From Candidatus Fermentibacterota bacterium (lineage in GTDB: Bacteria; Fermentibacterota; Fermentibacteria; Fermentibacterales; JCC-6): 64,000 bases of DNA. A model generated the notes under the pieces. That model saw nothing but the letters and a program-made list of their open reading frames with translations, did no database searches and was not told the DNA's origin. Positions 55,286 through 64,000 of the stretch are shown here, piece by piece. The position numbers and the translations under genes were made by a program. The stretch is taken from assembly GCA_003646025.1 (NCBI GenBank), contig QNDR01000002.1:2873-66872 (forward strand). Reading direction: 5' to 3'. The stretch's first letter is position 1. Each line of letters starts with the position of its first letter.

Positions 55286-58200
55286 GTGAAAAAAACGAGA
55301 CCTATGAGGAATTTTGCCCGCGTGAAGCCGGCTATAAGAGTTCCTGACTTATTGAGAGTACAGAAGGAATCGTTCGATAATTTTCTTCAGGCGGATGTTA
55401 AACCCGATGAGAGGCTCCCGCAGGGGCTTCACAAGATTTTAATAGACACCTTTCCCATAGAGAGTTCTACAAAGGAGTTCTCTCTGGAGTATGTAAGTTA
55501 CGATATTGGTCGTCCAAGACACTCAATACGCGAAGCTGTTGAGCGAGGCGTAACCTATTCCGCACCTCTGAATGCCACAATGCGGCTTGTAACAAGAGAC
55601 CCGGAAACACTTGTCATGAAGATGGCGGTCGATCAGGGTACCTTCCTTGGAGAGCTGCCGCAGATGACACAGAACGGGTCGTTTATTATCAACGGTGCCG
55701 AACGCGTTATTGTCAGTCAGCTCCACCGAAGTCCGGGAGTGTTTTTTGAAGAGAAAACACAGCCCAGGGGCAGAAGGGTCTGCACTGCGAGGGTAATTCC
55801 CCAGAAGGGTTCCTGGCTTGATTTAACACTTGATTCCAACGATGTAATTTTTGCCAATATTGACAAGAAGCCAAAACGCATACCCATAACCATGCTTCTG
55901 AGGGCTCTTGGTTTGAGCTCAGAATCAGAGATACTTGCCTCGTTTTATCCTGTTCAGGAAAAAAACCTTGCTTCGGTGCTTAAAAGACAGTCAAAGGTGT
56001 CTGAGATAGTACACAAATCCTTTGCAGAAGACATCGTTGATACCGAAACAGGAGAATATCTTGTAAGATGCGATGAGCCCGTTGAGAGCGTAGAGAAACT
56101 GGAGAAGCTTCTGGAGGCGGGGGTTGAAACCATCAGATTCCTTGAACCGCGAAACAATCAGCACAGCATAGACAGTATCCGCCGTACGCTGGCTAAAGAG
56201 GAAGCTGCTCTTGGAGCAGGTGTTGAAAAAAGCGAAGCCTCTGCCACCATGTGGATATATGAAGCTCTTCGCGGGACAGATGCTCCCTCTCTGGATCACG
56301 CAAGAAGTTATCTTCGATCCATGTTCTTTGACAGCAAGCGATACAGCCTCAGTGAGGTCGGTCGTTACAAGCTGAACGAGAGATTGAACATCACTACTTC
56401 AATGGACAAATTGACCCTCACTGTTCCGGATCTGGTCGCAATCGTAGACAACCTTATCCGTCTCCGCGAGGGCACAAATGTAACAGATGATATTGACCAT
56501 CTGGGCAACAGACGAGTTAAAACCGTAGGTGAGCTTCTGGGTCAGGAGTTTTCCAAGGGGCTGGCCAGAATGGCCAGAACGATAAAAGACAGAATGGGAC
56601 AGCAGGACAGAGAAAAGCTCAGACCTCAGGACCTGGTAAATTCCAGAACGCTTTCCAGCGTTATCAATTCTTTCTTCGGTCAGAGCCAGCTTTCCCAGTT
56701 CATGGAGCAGACTAATCCCCTGGCAGAGCTTACACACAAACGCCGAACCAGTGCTCTTGGAGAAGGTGGGCTTACAAGGGAGAGAGCCGGTTTTGATGTC
56801 AGGGATGTTCACCACACCCACTACGGACGCGTGTGTCCTGTGGAAACACCGGAGGGTCCAAACATCGGTCTTATCACCACACTCTCCGTTTATGCCTCTA
56901 TAAACAGGTTTGGATTCCTGGAGACACCTTACAGACGGGTTATCAACGGAAAAGTAACCAACGAGGTGTCCTACCTGTCGGCAGACAAGGAAGACAGAAC
57001 CACCGTAGCTGAAGCAGATTCTCTTCTTGATGAGAACAACAGGCTGGTGGGGCCTCTGGTAAGGGCGAGAAGGGCCGGTAACTTCCCCATGGTTACACCA
57101 GAGGAAGTGGAATACATCGATGTGAGTCCAATGCAGCTGGTTGGTTTGTCTGCGGCTTTGATCCCGTTCCTTGAGCATGATGATGCCAACAGAGCTCTCA
57201 TGGGTTCAAACATGCAGCGGCAGGCAGTGCCTCTTCTGTTTACAGAAGACCCGCTGGTTGGAACAGGCATGGAGGAAATTGCAGCAAGAGATTCAGGTGC
57301 TCTGGTTACCGCCGACAGAGCTGGTGTTATTACACATGTTGACTCTGGAAAAATCGTAATAAAAGCCGATGGAGACGAATACGACTTTGACAGAGATGAT
57401 GTTTACAGATTAAGAAAGTTCGAGCGCTCAAATCAGGATACCTGCGTTAACCAGAAACCCCTGGTCGCCGTGGGTGATGCTGTTGAAAAGGGCGATATAC
57501 TTGCTGACGGAATGGCAACAAAGAACGGCAGACTTGCCATTGGAGTGAACGCTCTCGTTGCCTTCACACCATGGAACGGCTACAACTTCGAGGATGCCAT
57601 TGTTGTAAGTGAGAGGGTGGTTAAGAACGACACTTTCACCTCTGTTCACATTGTGGAACTGGAAACGCAGTTCCGCGAGACGAAACTTGGCCCGGAGGAA
57701 CTTACTTTTGATCTGCCCAACGCCACGGAAAAGCGCATAGCAATGCGCAATCTTGCCGACAACGGTATTGTCCGTGTGGGTTCCAGGGTAAGAGCAGGAG
57801 ATATCCTTGTAGGAAAAGTCAGCCCTAAAGGCGAGCAGGATCTTTCTCCGGAAGAGCGGCTTATCAGGGCAATCTTCGGAAAGAGAGCCAGCGATGTGAA
57901 AGATACTTCGCTTAAGGCTCCTGTTGGTATGTCCGGTATCGTGGTTGATGTGAAGGTTTACTCCCGCAGAGATGATACCGAGAGAGGCAGGCGGGAGATA
58001 GAGTCCCGTGTTGATGCCCTCCGGGAAGAGCGGATGGACAGCGAGAAAAGGTTGTTTGCCAACCGGGACGCCATGCTCCGTGAGGTTCTCAGCGGGCAGA
58101 AGGCAGCTACTTTCATCGATGGAGTAACCGGCGAACAGCTTATTCCTGAGGGCAGAAAAGTAACCGCTACTTTCCTGAAGAAGATCGACTTTACCGATCT

Positions 58201-59098
58201 TGATTTCAACAGACAGCTTGTTGAAGACCTTGTGGTGGACGACAGAGCCAGAAGAATACTTCGCAGTGCGGAGAACAAGCTCAAAGAACTCAATGACAAG
58301 TACCAGGATATAGAAGACAGACTTCACCGTGGAGACGAGCTGAAGCCCGGCGTAACCAGGCTTGTGAAGGTTTACATCGCGAAACGGCGCAAACTGCGTA
58401 TCGGTGACAAGATGGCAGGTCGACACGGCAACAAGGGTGTTGTGAGCATCATCGTTCCGGAAGAAGACATGCCTTACCTTCCCGATGGTACTCCGGTGGA
58501 TATCTGTCTTAATCCTCTCGGTGTTCCAAGTAGAATGAATGTCGGTCAGATCATGGAAACGAACCTGGGCATGGCTGCGGGAGAACTGGGGGTCAACACT
58601 ATTACCCCGGTCTTCGACAGTGTAAGCAATGAGAAGATTGCAGATCTCCTGGAGGAGGCCGGTCTTGACCGTGACGGCAAAACAGTGCTTTACGACGGCA
58701 GAACCGGAGAACCCTTTGACCAGCGGGTTACAGTGGGAAGAATGTACATGCTGAAACTGGCACACCAGGTTGAAGACAAAATACACGCAAGATCAACAGG
58801 ACCATACGCCATGGTGACACAGCAGCCTCTGGGCGGTAAAGCGCAGAACGGCGGTCAGCGACTGGGTGAAATGGAAGTCTGGGCTCTTGAAGCGTACGGA
58901 GCGTCACACTGTCTTCAGGAAATGCTGACCATCAAGAGTGATGATGTGGACGGGCGTACTGAAGCTTACAAGGCAATTGTTCATGGACGGAATGTTGAAA
59001 CCAGAGGAACGCCTGAGGCGTTCAATGTTCTTCTCAGCGAAATGAGAAGCCTTGCTCTGGATGTCGAACTCGATATGACGGAAGAGAGGGAGAGGTAG
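55286..59098 (+). CDS. rpoB: DNA-directed RNA polymerase subunit beta
   Basis: ORF from 55280. GTG at 55286 is better spaced from AGAGGAG. Conserved blocks [47 protein letters not shown] and [14 protein letters not shown]. Confidence 0.98.
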   Translation: MKKTRPMRNFARVKPAIRVPDLLRVQKESFDNFLQADVKPDERLPQGLHKILIDTFPIESSTKEFSLEYVSYDIGRPRHSIREAVERGVTYSAPLNATMRLVTRDPETLVMKMAVDQGTFLGELPQMTQNGSFIINGAERVIVSQLHRSPGVFFEEKTQPRGRRVCTARVIPQKGSWLDLTLDSNDVIFANIDKKPKRIPITMLLRALGLSSESEILASFYPVQEKNLASVLKRQSKVSEIVHKSFAEDIVDTETGEYLVRCDEPVESVEKLEKLLEAGVETIRFLEPRNNQHSIDSIRRTLAKEEAALGAGVEKSEASATMWIYEALRGTDAPSLDHARSYLRSMFFDSKRYSLSEVGRYKLNERLNITTSMDKLTLTVPDLVAIVDNLIRLREGTNVTDDIDHLGNRRVKTVGELLGQEFSKGLARMARTIKDRMGQQDREKLRPQDLVNSRTLSSVINSFFGQSQLSQFMEQTNPLAELTHKRRTSALGEGGLTRERAGFDVRDVHHTHYGRVCPVETPEGPNIGLITTLSVYASINRFGFLETPYRRVINGKVTNEVSYLSADKEDRTTVAEADSLLDENNRLVGPLVRARRAGNFPMVTPEEVEYIDVSPMQLVGLSAALIPFLEHDDANRALMGSNMQRQAVPLLFTEDPLVGTGMEEIAARDSGALVTADRAGVITHVDSGKIVIKADGDEYDFDRDDVYRLRKFERSNQDTCVNQKPLVAVGDAVEKGDILADGMATKNGRLAIGVNALVAFTPWNGYNFEDAIVVSERVVKNDTFTSVHIVELETQFRETKLGPEELTFDLPNATEKRIAMRNLADNGIVRVGSRVRAGDILVGKVSPKGEQDLSPEERLIRAIFGKRASDVKDTSLKAPVGMSGIVVDVKVYSRRDDTERGRREIESRVDALREERMDSEKRLFANRDAMLREVLSGQKAATFIDGVTGEQLIPEGRKVTATFLKKIDFTDLDFNRQLVEDLVVDDRARRILRSAENKLKELNDKYQDIEDRLHRGDELKPGVTRLVKVYIAKRRKLRIGDKMAGRHGNKGVVSIIVPEEDMPYLPDGTPVDICLNPLGVPSRMNVGQIMETNLGMAAGELGVNTITPVFDSVSNEKIADLLEEAGLDRDGKTVLYDGRTGEPFDQRVTVGRMYMLKLAHQVEDKIHARSTGPYAMVTQQPLGGKAQNGGQRLGEMEVWALEAYGASHCLQEMLTIKSDDVDGRTEAYKAIVHGRNVETRGTPEAFNVLLSEMRSLALDVELDMTEERER

Positions 59099-59099
59099 A

Positions 59100-62000
59100 A
59101 TGCTTGATTCACATTCCCTGAGAGATGCCAATACATTCCCTGCTGATTTTTCTGGTATCAGGATCAGTCTGGCTTCTCCGGAAACCATAAAGGAATGGTC
59201 ATACGGAGAGGTGACAAAGGCTGAAACTATAAATTACCGCAGCTACAAACCTGAACCTGACGGTCTTTTCTGCGAAAAGATATTCGGTCCGGTTAAAGAC
59301 TGGGAATGCAGTTGCGGAAGGTACAAGAAGCCCCGCTACAGAGGTGTCAAGTGTGACAGGTGCGGTGTTGAAGTAACCCATTCCCGGGTGAGAAGAAGCC
59401 GAATGGGCCACATAGAACTTGCAGTTCCAGTGTCACATATCTGGTACTTTAAGAGCAGGAAGATCAACAAGCTCCTGGATATCACAAACTTGAACCTTGA
59501 AAGGGTTCTTTACTACGAATCCTATATAGTGATCTCCAGTGAACACCCCTCTCTTAAACCTGGAAAAGTTCTCGATGACGAGGATTACTACGCCGCCAGG
59601 GAAACCTACGGCGAAGACGCATTCACCGTGGGCATGGGAGCAGAAGCGGTAACAAGCCTTCTGTCTGGAATAGATCTTGATGAGCTGGCGGCAACACTTC
59701 GGACAAGCATTGCCAACGAAACAACACAGAGCAGAAAACAGAGGAATCTAAAGCGCCTGAAGGAAGTTGTCGCATTTGAAAACTCAAAGAGTGACAACAA
59801 GCCGGAGTGGATGATCCTCAGGGTTCTTCCAGTGCTTCCACCGGATCTCAGGCCTCTGGTTCCCCTTGAAGGCGGCAGGTTCGCCTCCAGTGATCTCAAC
59901 GATCTTTACAGACGGGTAATCAACAGAAACAACAGGCTTCTCAGGCTACTGGATCTACAGGCTCCTGATGTAATCCTTCGAAACGAGAAGAGAATGCTGC
60001 AGGAGGCTGTTGATGCTGTTCTGGATAACGGCAGCAGAAGAAAGCCTGTAAAAGGTGCGGGAATGCGTCCGCTCCGAAGCCTTTCCGATCTGCTCAAGGG
60101 CAAGCGCGGAAGGTTCCGCCAGAACCTTCTTGGAAAGCGTGTTGACTACTCGGGTCGTTCAGTGATCGTTGTGGGGCCGGAGCTTAAGATGCACCAGTGC
60201 GGTCTTCCTAAAACCATGGCTCTGGAGCTGTTCAAGCCCTTTGTGGTCGGCAGGCTGGCCAGGCTTACAGGTGACAAGGTGAAGATGGCCCAGAAGCAGG
60301 TTGAAGACAAAGAAGAAATAGTCTGGGCAATACTGGAAGAGGTTATCGCGAACCATCCTGTGATGCTCAACAGGGCACCTACACTGCACAGACTTGGTAT
60401 ACAGGCGTTCGAGCCTGTTCTGGTGGAAGGCCTTGCCATAAGGCTTCACCCTCTTGCCTGTGCGGCGTTCAACGCCGACTTTGATGGTGATCAGATGGCT
60501 GTTCACCTGCCTTTGTCCGCTGAAGCACAGATAGAAGCCCGTGTTCTTATGCTTGGAAGCCGCAATATACTTCAGCCTTCCAGCGGGGAACCTGTTGCTT
60601 CTCCCAGCCATGATATCGTTATTGGTGCGTACTACATCACAAAACCGCTTGCCAGAGACAAGGGTGAGGGTATGATTTTCGCGTCCAGAGAAGAGGTTAT
60701 CGGTGCACTGGACGCCGGGAAGGTCAATCTTCATTCAAGAATAAAGATCCGCGGTATCAACAACATCAAAGAGATGAACTCCAAAGGTGAGAGACGCCAG
60801 CCCAAGTACTGGAAGGATTACACAACTCCCGGGCAGGTCATTTTCAATTCTATCGTCCCCGAGGGAATGGGATACATAATGGCCAATGGTCTTACGGATT
60901 CCCATGCGAAGGTGTTTGGCAAAAAAGGCCTTAACCGCATGGTATCCAGGTGTTTCACCGAGCTTGGCGCTGTAAAGACCGCAGTGTTCCTTGATAATCT
61001 CAAGGATCTGGGGTTCAAGTACAGCACGACATGCGGGCTCACAGTTGGCATGGATGACATGATTGTTCCGGATGCCAAGAAGGAGCTCATCAGCGAGAGT
61101 ACCAGCCGCGTTGCTCAGATCGAGTTTGCATCTCGCAAGGGTGAGATGACAGAGAGTGACAGGTACAACAAGGTCATTGATGTGTGGTCAAAGGTTACGG
61201 AAGATGTAAAAAACTCTATGATGGAGCAGCTCAGCCACGACAACCACGGCTTTAACCCTATCTACCTGATGGCCAACTCCGGAGCCCGTGGAAGTGTTGA
61301 GCAGGTTCGTCAGCTCGCCGGGATGAGAGGTCTTATGGCCAAACCCAAGAAAAAGCTTCTTGGTGATATAGGCGAGACAATTGAAACTCCGATCATTAGT
61401 TCTCTTAAAGAGGGATTGTCGGTTATTGAGTACTCGATTTCCACACACGGTTCCAGAAAGGGCCTTGCAGACACAGCACTTAAAACTGCCGACGCAGGTT
61501 ACCTTACCAGAAGGCTTGTCGATGTGTGTCAGGATGTGGTGATTACCACAGACGACTGCGGTACAATCCGTGGCCGGGAGATATCTTCTCTCAAAGAGGG
61601 AGAAAAGGTTATTGAGAAACTCAGCGAGCGTATTGTCGGGCGAGTTACAGCAGAGGATGTCTACGATCCTGTGACCGATGAGATAATATGTGAGGCCGGT
61701 GCGGAGATTACTCCAAAACTTGCGTCATACATAGATTCCCGTTCGATTGAATCTGTGAAGATTCGATCGGTACTTACCTGCGAAGCAGAGCGTGGGCTTT
61801 GTGCCAAGTGTTACGGTTGGGATCTAAGCCGCAATCGCATGGTTACCGAAGGAGAGGCCGTTGGTGTTATTGCGGCTCAGTCCATCGGTGAACCTGGAAC
61901 ACAGCTTACTCTGCGTACCTTCCATACCGGTGGTGTCGCTTCCCGTGAGGCTCAGGACAACCAGGTAAAAGCCAGACATCCGGGTAAGGTCAGTTTCCGG

Positions 62001-63881
62001 AACATTCATCTTGTTGACGGAACCGACGCCGAGGGAAAGCCCAGTGTAATTGCTTCAAGGAACGGACAGATAGATGTGGTTGATGCCGATGGAGAGATTC
62101 TTTCTTCGTACGAAATTTCTCCCGGTTCAATAATGTTTGTAAAAGACGATCAGATCGTTGAACGCGATGAGCTGCTGTTTGTGGCAGAGCCGTTCAGTAA
62201 TCCTATTGTCAGCGAGCACTCCGGGTCTGTACACTATGTCGACATCGAAGAAGATGTTACGCTTCAGGAAGATATCGACAATGAACAGCACAGGCAGATG
62301 ATAATAGTGGAAGACAGAAGCCGAACGCTTCATCCGCATATATTCATACTTCCGGAATTTATGGTTGTTCTGTCCGGACGGCCCAGGCGTCGTGAAGAGG
62401 AACTCATCACTTTCAATGAACTTGTCGAAGAGGCTGAAACTTCCAACGGCAGGATTGTGTTTACATACCGCGACACTAATGCGGTGAGGCCAACCTCGCT
62501 TTACGATGATATTGTAGCCAGCCACGGGGAAAGCACTTCGGAAGCACCTATGCTTTCCGTAGATTGCAGAAAGGTCGGCACAGGCAGTTACGCAGCTTTT
62601 TCGGAAATCGTTCAGCAGCTTGGTGATGCTACGGCAAAGACTAAGAAGGACAAGAAGGCGTTTGCGGCTCTGAAGGATGTTACAGATCGACTTGCGGCTT
62701 CCAGCAGTCGTAAGAATGATGAACTTGAGGATGAGTTCATGGAAGCTCTTTCAGACTACAGCAGGAGTCATCCGTTTATAATGGGTCTGGCATGTCTTGA
62801 CAAAGCTCATGCAGGGACCAGACAGGTTATTCTGCGGTTCAGCGACATTGTAGCAGACTCAAAGATTCTTGTTCTTGTGAGTTTCTTCCAGAAGGGTGGC
62901 TTCAGAAGTCATATTGTCGTGCGCGGTAAGCAGCGGCAGATTGGGCAGGATCAGGTGGAGCAGTTCATCAAGGATCACGTAAGAGGAGTGTACCCTATAC
63001 CAAGTGGTGCTACATTGCATGTCAGAGATGGGCATCTGATCAAAACAGGAACCCATATCGCAAGGATGGTAAAACGGGCCGGTATGCAGAAAGATATCAC
63101 CGGTGGACTTCCCAGGGTAGACGAGCTTTTTGAAGCAAGACGCCCCGGTGACGCTGCCGCTATTGCAGAAATCAGCGGTACTGTTACTCTCAGCCCCATA
63201 AAGGCTGCCATGCGTACTGTAACCATTACAGGGGATCAGGGACAGGAAGCCAACATAAAGATACAGGCCACCAAACACATCAGAGTGCGTGAAGGAGACC
63301 GGGTGGAAGCAGGCGATAAGCTTACCGACGGTCCTCTTGATCCCCATGATATTCTCAGGGTTATCGGTACTGAGAGTGTTGAAGACTACCTTCTTAACGA
63401 GATTCAGGAGGTCTATCGTCTTCAGGGTGTGAAGATAAACGATAAGCACATAGGCATCGTTGTAAGACAGATGCTCGGTAAAGCCAGGGTTGAGAATGCA
63501 GGAGATACCCAGTTCCTTGAAGGAGCCAGGGTAGGCCGTCTCAACCTGAATAAAGTCAATACGGAGATGATGAATCAGGGCAGACGCCCTGCGTCAAGTG
63601 ATGTAATGCTGCTTGGTATAACCAAGGCTTCACTTGCTACGAACAGCTTTCTTTCGGCTGCTTCTTTCCAGGAAACCAACTCGGTTCTTTCGGATGCTGC
63701 CATTAACGGCAAGCTTGACAGGCTGGTTGGTTTGAAGGAAAATGTGATTGTAGGACATCTTGTTCCTGCAGGAACCGGAGCGAAAGCCTACCGGGAGCTC
63801 ACCATTTCCATGAGTGACGGGTCCGACCTGCCGGAACCGGTTCCGGAGCCGGAGCTTGACGATAAGTTCAATCATGTATAG
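59100..63881 (+). CDS. rpoC: DNA-directed RNA polymerase subunit beta-prime (1593 aa, with enlarged trigger-loop insertion)
   Basis: Zn-finger [21 protein letters not shown]. Catalytic [12 protein letters not shown]. Trigger-loop flanks [18 protein letters not shown] (aa 930-947) and [15 protein letters not shown] (from aa 1333). Confidence 0.98.
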   Translation: MLDSHSLRDANTFPADFSGIRISLASPETIKEWSYGEVTKAETINYRSYKPEPDGLFCEKIFGPVKDWECSCGRYKKPRYRGVKCDRCGVEVTHSRVRRSRMGHIELAVPVSHIWYFKSRKINKLLDITNLNLERVLYYESYIVISSEHPSLKPGKVLDDEDYYAARETYGEDAFTVGMGAEAVTSLLSGIDLDELAATLRTSIANETTQSRKQRNLKRLKEVVAFENSKSDNKPEWMILRVLPVLPPDLRPLVPLEGGRFASSDLNDLYRRVINRNNRLLRLLDLQAPDVILRNEKRMLQEAVDAVLDNGSRRKPVKGAGMRPLRSLSDLLKGKRGRFRQNLLGKRVDYSGRSVIVVGPELKMHQCGLPKTMALELFKPFVVGRLARLTGDKVKMAQKQVEDKEEIVWAILEEVIANHPVMLNRAPTLHRLGIQAFEPVLVEGLAIRLHPLACAAFNADFDGDQMAVHLPLSAEAQIEARVLMLGSRNILQPSSGEPVASPSHDIVIGAYYITKPLARDKGEGMIFASREEVIGALDAGKVNLHSRIKIRGINNIKEMNSKGERRQPKYWKDYTTPGQVIFNSIVPEGMGYIMANGLTDSHAKVFGKKGLNRMVSRCFTELGAVKTAVFLDNLKDLGFKYSTTCGLTVGMDDMIVPDAKKELISESTSRVAQIEFASRKGEMTESDRYNKVIDVWSKVTEDVKNSMMEQLSHDNHGFNPIYLMANSGARGSVEQVRQLAGMRGLMAKPKKKLLGDIGETIETPIISSLKEGLSVIEYSISTHGSRKGLADTALKTADAGYLTRRLVDVCQDVVITTDDCGTIRGREISSLKEGEKVIEKLSERIVGRVTAEDVYDPVTDEIICEAGAEITPKLASYIDSRSIESVKIRSVLTCEAERGLCAKCYGWDLSRNRMVTEGEAVGVIAAQSIGEPGTQLTLRTFHTGGVASREAQDNQVKARHPGKVSFRNIHLVDGTDAEGKPSVIASRNGQIDVVDADGEILSSYEISPGSIMFVKDDQIVERDELLFVAEPFSNPIVSEHSGSVHYVDIEEDVTLQEDIDNEQHRQMIIVEDRSRTLHPHIFILPEFMVVLSGRPRRREEELITFNELVEEAETSNGRIVFTYRDTNAVRPTSLYDDIVASHGESTSEAPMLSVDCRKVGTGSYAAFSEIVQQLGDATAKTKKDKKAFAALKDVTDRLAASSSRKNDELEDEFMEALSDYSRSHPFIMGLACLDKAHAGTRQVILRFSDIVADSKILVLVSFFQKGGFRSHIVVRGKQRQIGQDQVEQFIKDHVRGVYPIPSGATLHVRDGHLIKTGTHIARMVKRAGMQKDITGGLPRVDELFEARRPGDAAAIAEISGTVTLSPIKAAMRTVTITGDQGQEANIKIQATKHIRVREGDRVEAGDKLTDGPLDPHDILRVIGTESVEDYLLNEIQEVYRLQGVKINDKHIGIVVRQMLGKARVENAGDTQFLEGARVGRLNLNKVNTEMMNQGRRPASSDVMLLGITKASLATNSFLSAASFQETNSVLSDAAINGKLDRLVGLKENVIVGHLVPAGTGAKAYRELTISMSDGSDLPEPVPEPELDDKFNHV

Positions 63882-63945
63882 AGTTGCACTCACTGTAACA
63901 GGAGAAACGGCAGCTCGCGCGAGCTGACCCACGAAAGGAGAAAGA

Positions 63946-64000
63946 TTGCCCACCATTAATCAGCTGGTGCGGAAAGGGCGTAAGAAGCAGGTTCAAAAAA
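63946..64000 (+). CDS. rpsL: 30S ribosomal protein S12 (5' part, runs off the window)
   Basis: TTG start 5 nt after AAAGGAG. Translation (M)PTINQLVRKGRKKQVQK matches the S12 N-terminus. Confidence 0.9.
   Translation, partial: MPTINQLVRKGRKKQVQK

Noticed and set aside
57428-58786. 452-aa minus-strand ORF (and others at 56399-57178, 60159-60734 and 62859-63449) antisense to rpoB/rpoC
   Set aside because: The sense frames are unmistakable RNA polymerase subunits. The long antisense frames are typical shadow ORFs and carry no recognisable motifs or RBS.

Overview
64-kb chromosomal window (roughly 50% GC by eye) from a Gram-negative-type bacterium. Several secreted proteins end in Por/T9SS-like or FlgD-Ig-like C-terminal sorting domains, which hints at an FCB-group-like lineage (inference only). 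Layout: (1) 1-13.2 kb is a tightly coupled surface-polysaccharide locus: glycosyltransferases, two MOP/Wzx-type flippases, murB, an SDR epimerase, a secreted beta-propeller, rfbB, UDP-glucuronate decarboxylase, a Wza-like exporter and a Wzz-like protein. (2) 13.2-17.1 kb is a small accessory islet. It holds a tacA-tacT (DUF1778/GNAT) toxin-antitoxin module with a promoter flanked by two GTACGG-N7-CCGTAC operators, an unknown secreted protein, a truncated paralog remnant, and an RCC1/BLIP-II-like surface protein built from seven near-identical 117-bp repeats. That gene is bracketed by 40-bp direct repeats tied to a decayed IS91-like transposase fragment. (3) 17.1-26.8 kb is a Pho block: phoB/phoR-like two-component system, a divergent beta-helix lipoprotein, a porin, pstSCAB-phoU and arsC. 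(4) 26.8-33.3 kb holds a Fic protein, a DRTGG/BioD-like protein plus MFS transporter, cca, a Gate-domain membrane protein and a GNAT. (5) 33.3-40.7 kb holds a TPR-HD-GYP protein and four GT4-type glycosyltransferases plus a small unknown protein. (6) 40.7-49.9 kb holds aspartate kinase, uppP, a PNPOx-like gene, a TPR/beta-barrel fusion, and a lipoprotein-ABC-FtsX-YVTN propeller operon. (7) 50.0-64.0 kb is the conserved block tRNA(Thr-Tyr-Gly-Thr)-tuf-rpmG-tRNA(Trp)-secE-nusG-rplKAJL-rpoBC-rpsL. No CRISPR array, rRNA or intact mobile element was seen. The least ordinary parts are the 13.2-17.1 kb islet and an unusually large insertion in the rpoC trigger-loop region. I found no convincing complete novel multi-gene system, and all family calls rest on motif recognition by eye, not searches.
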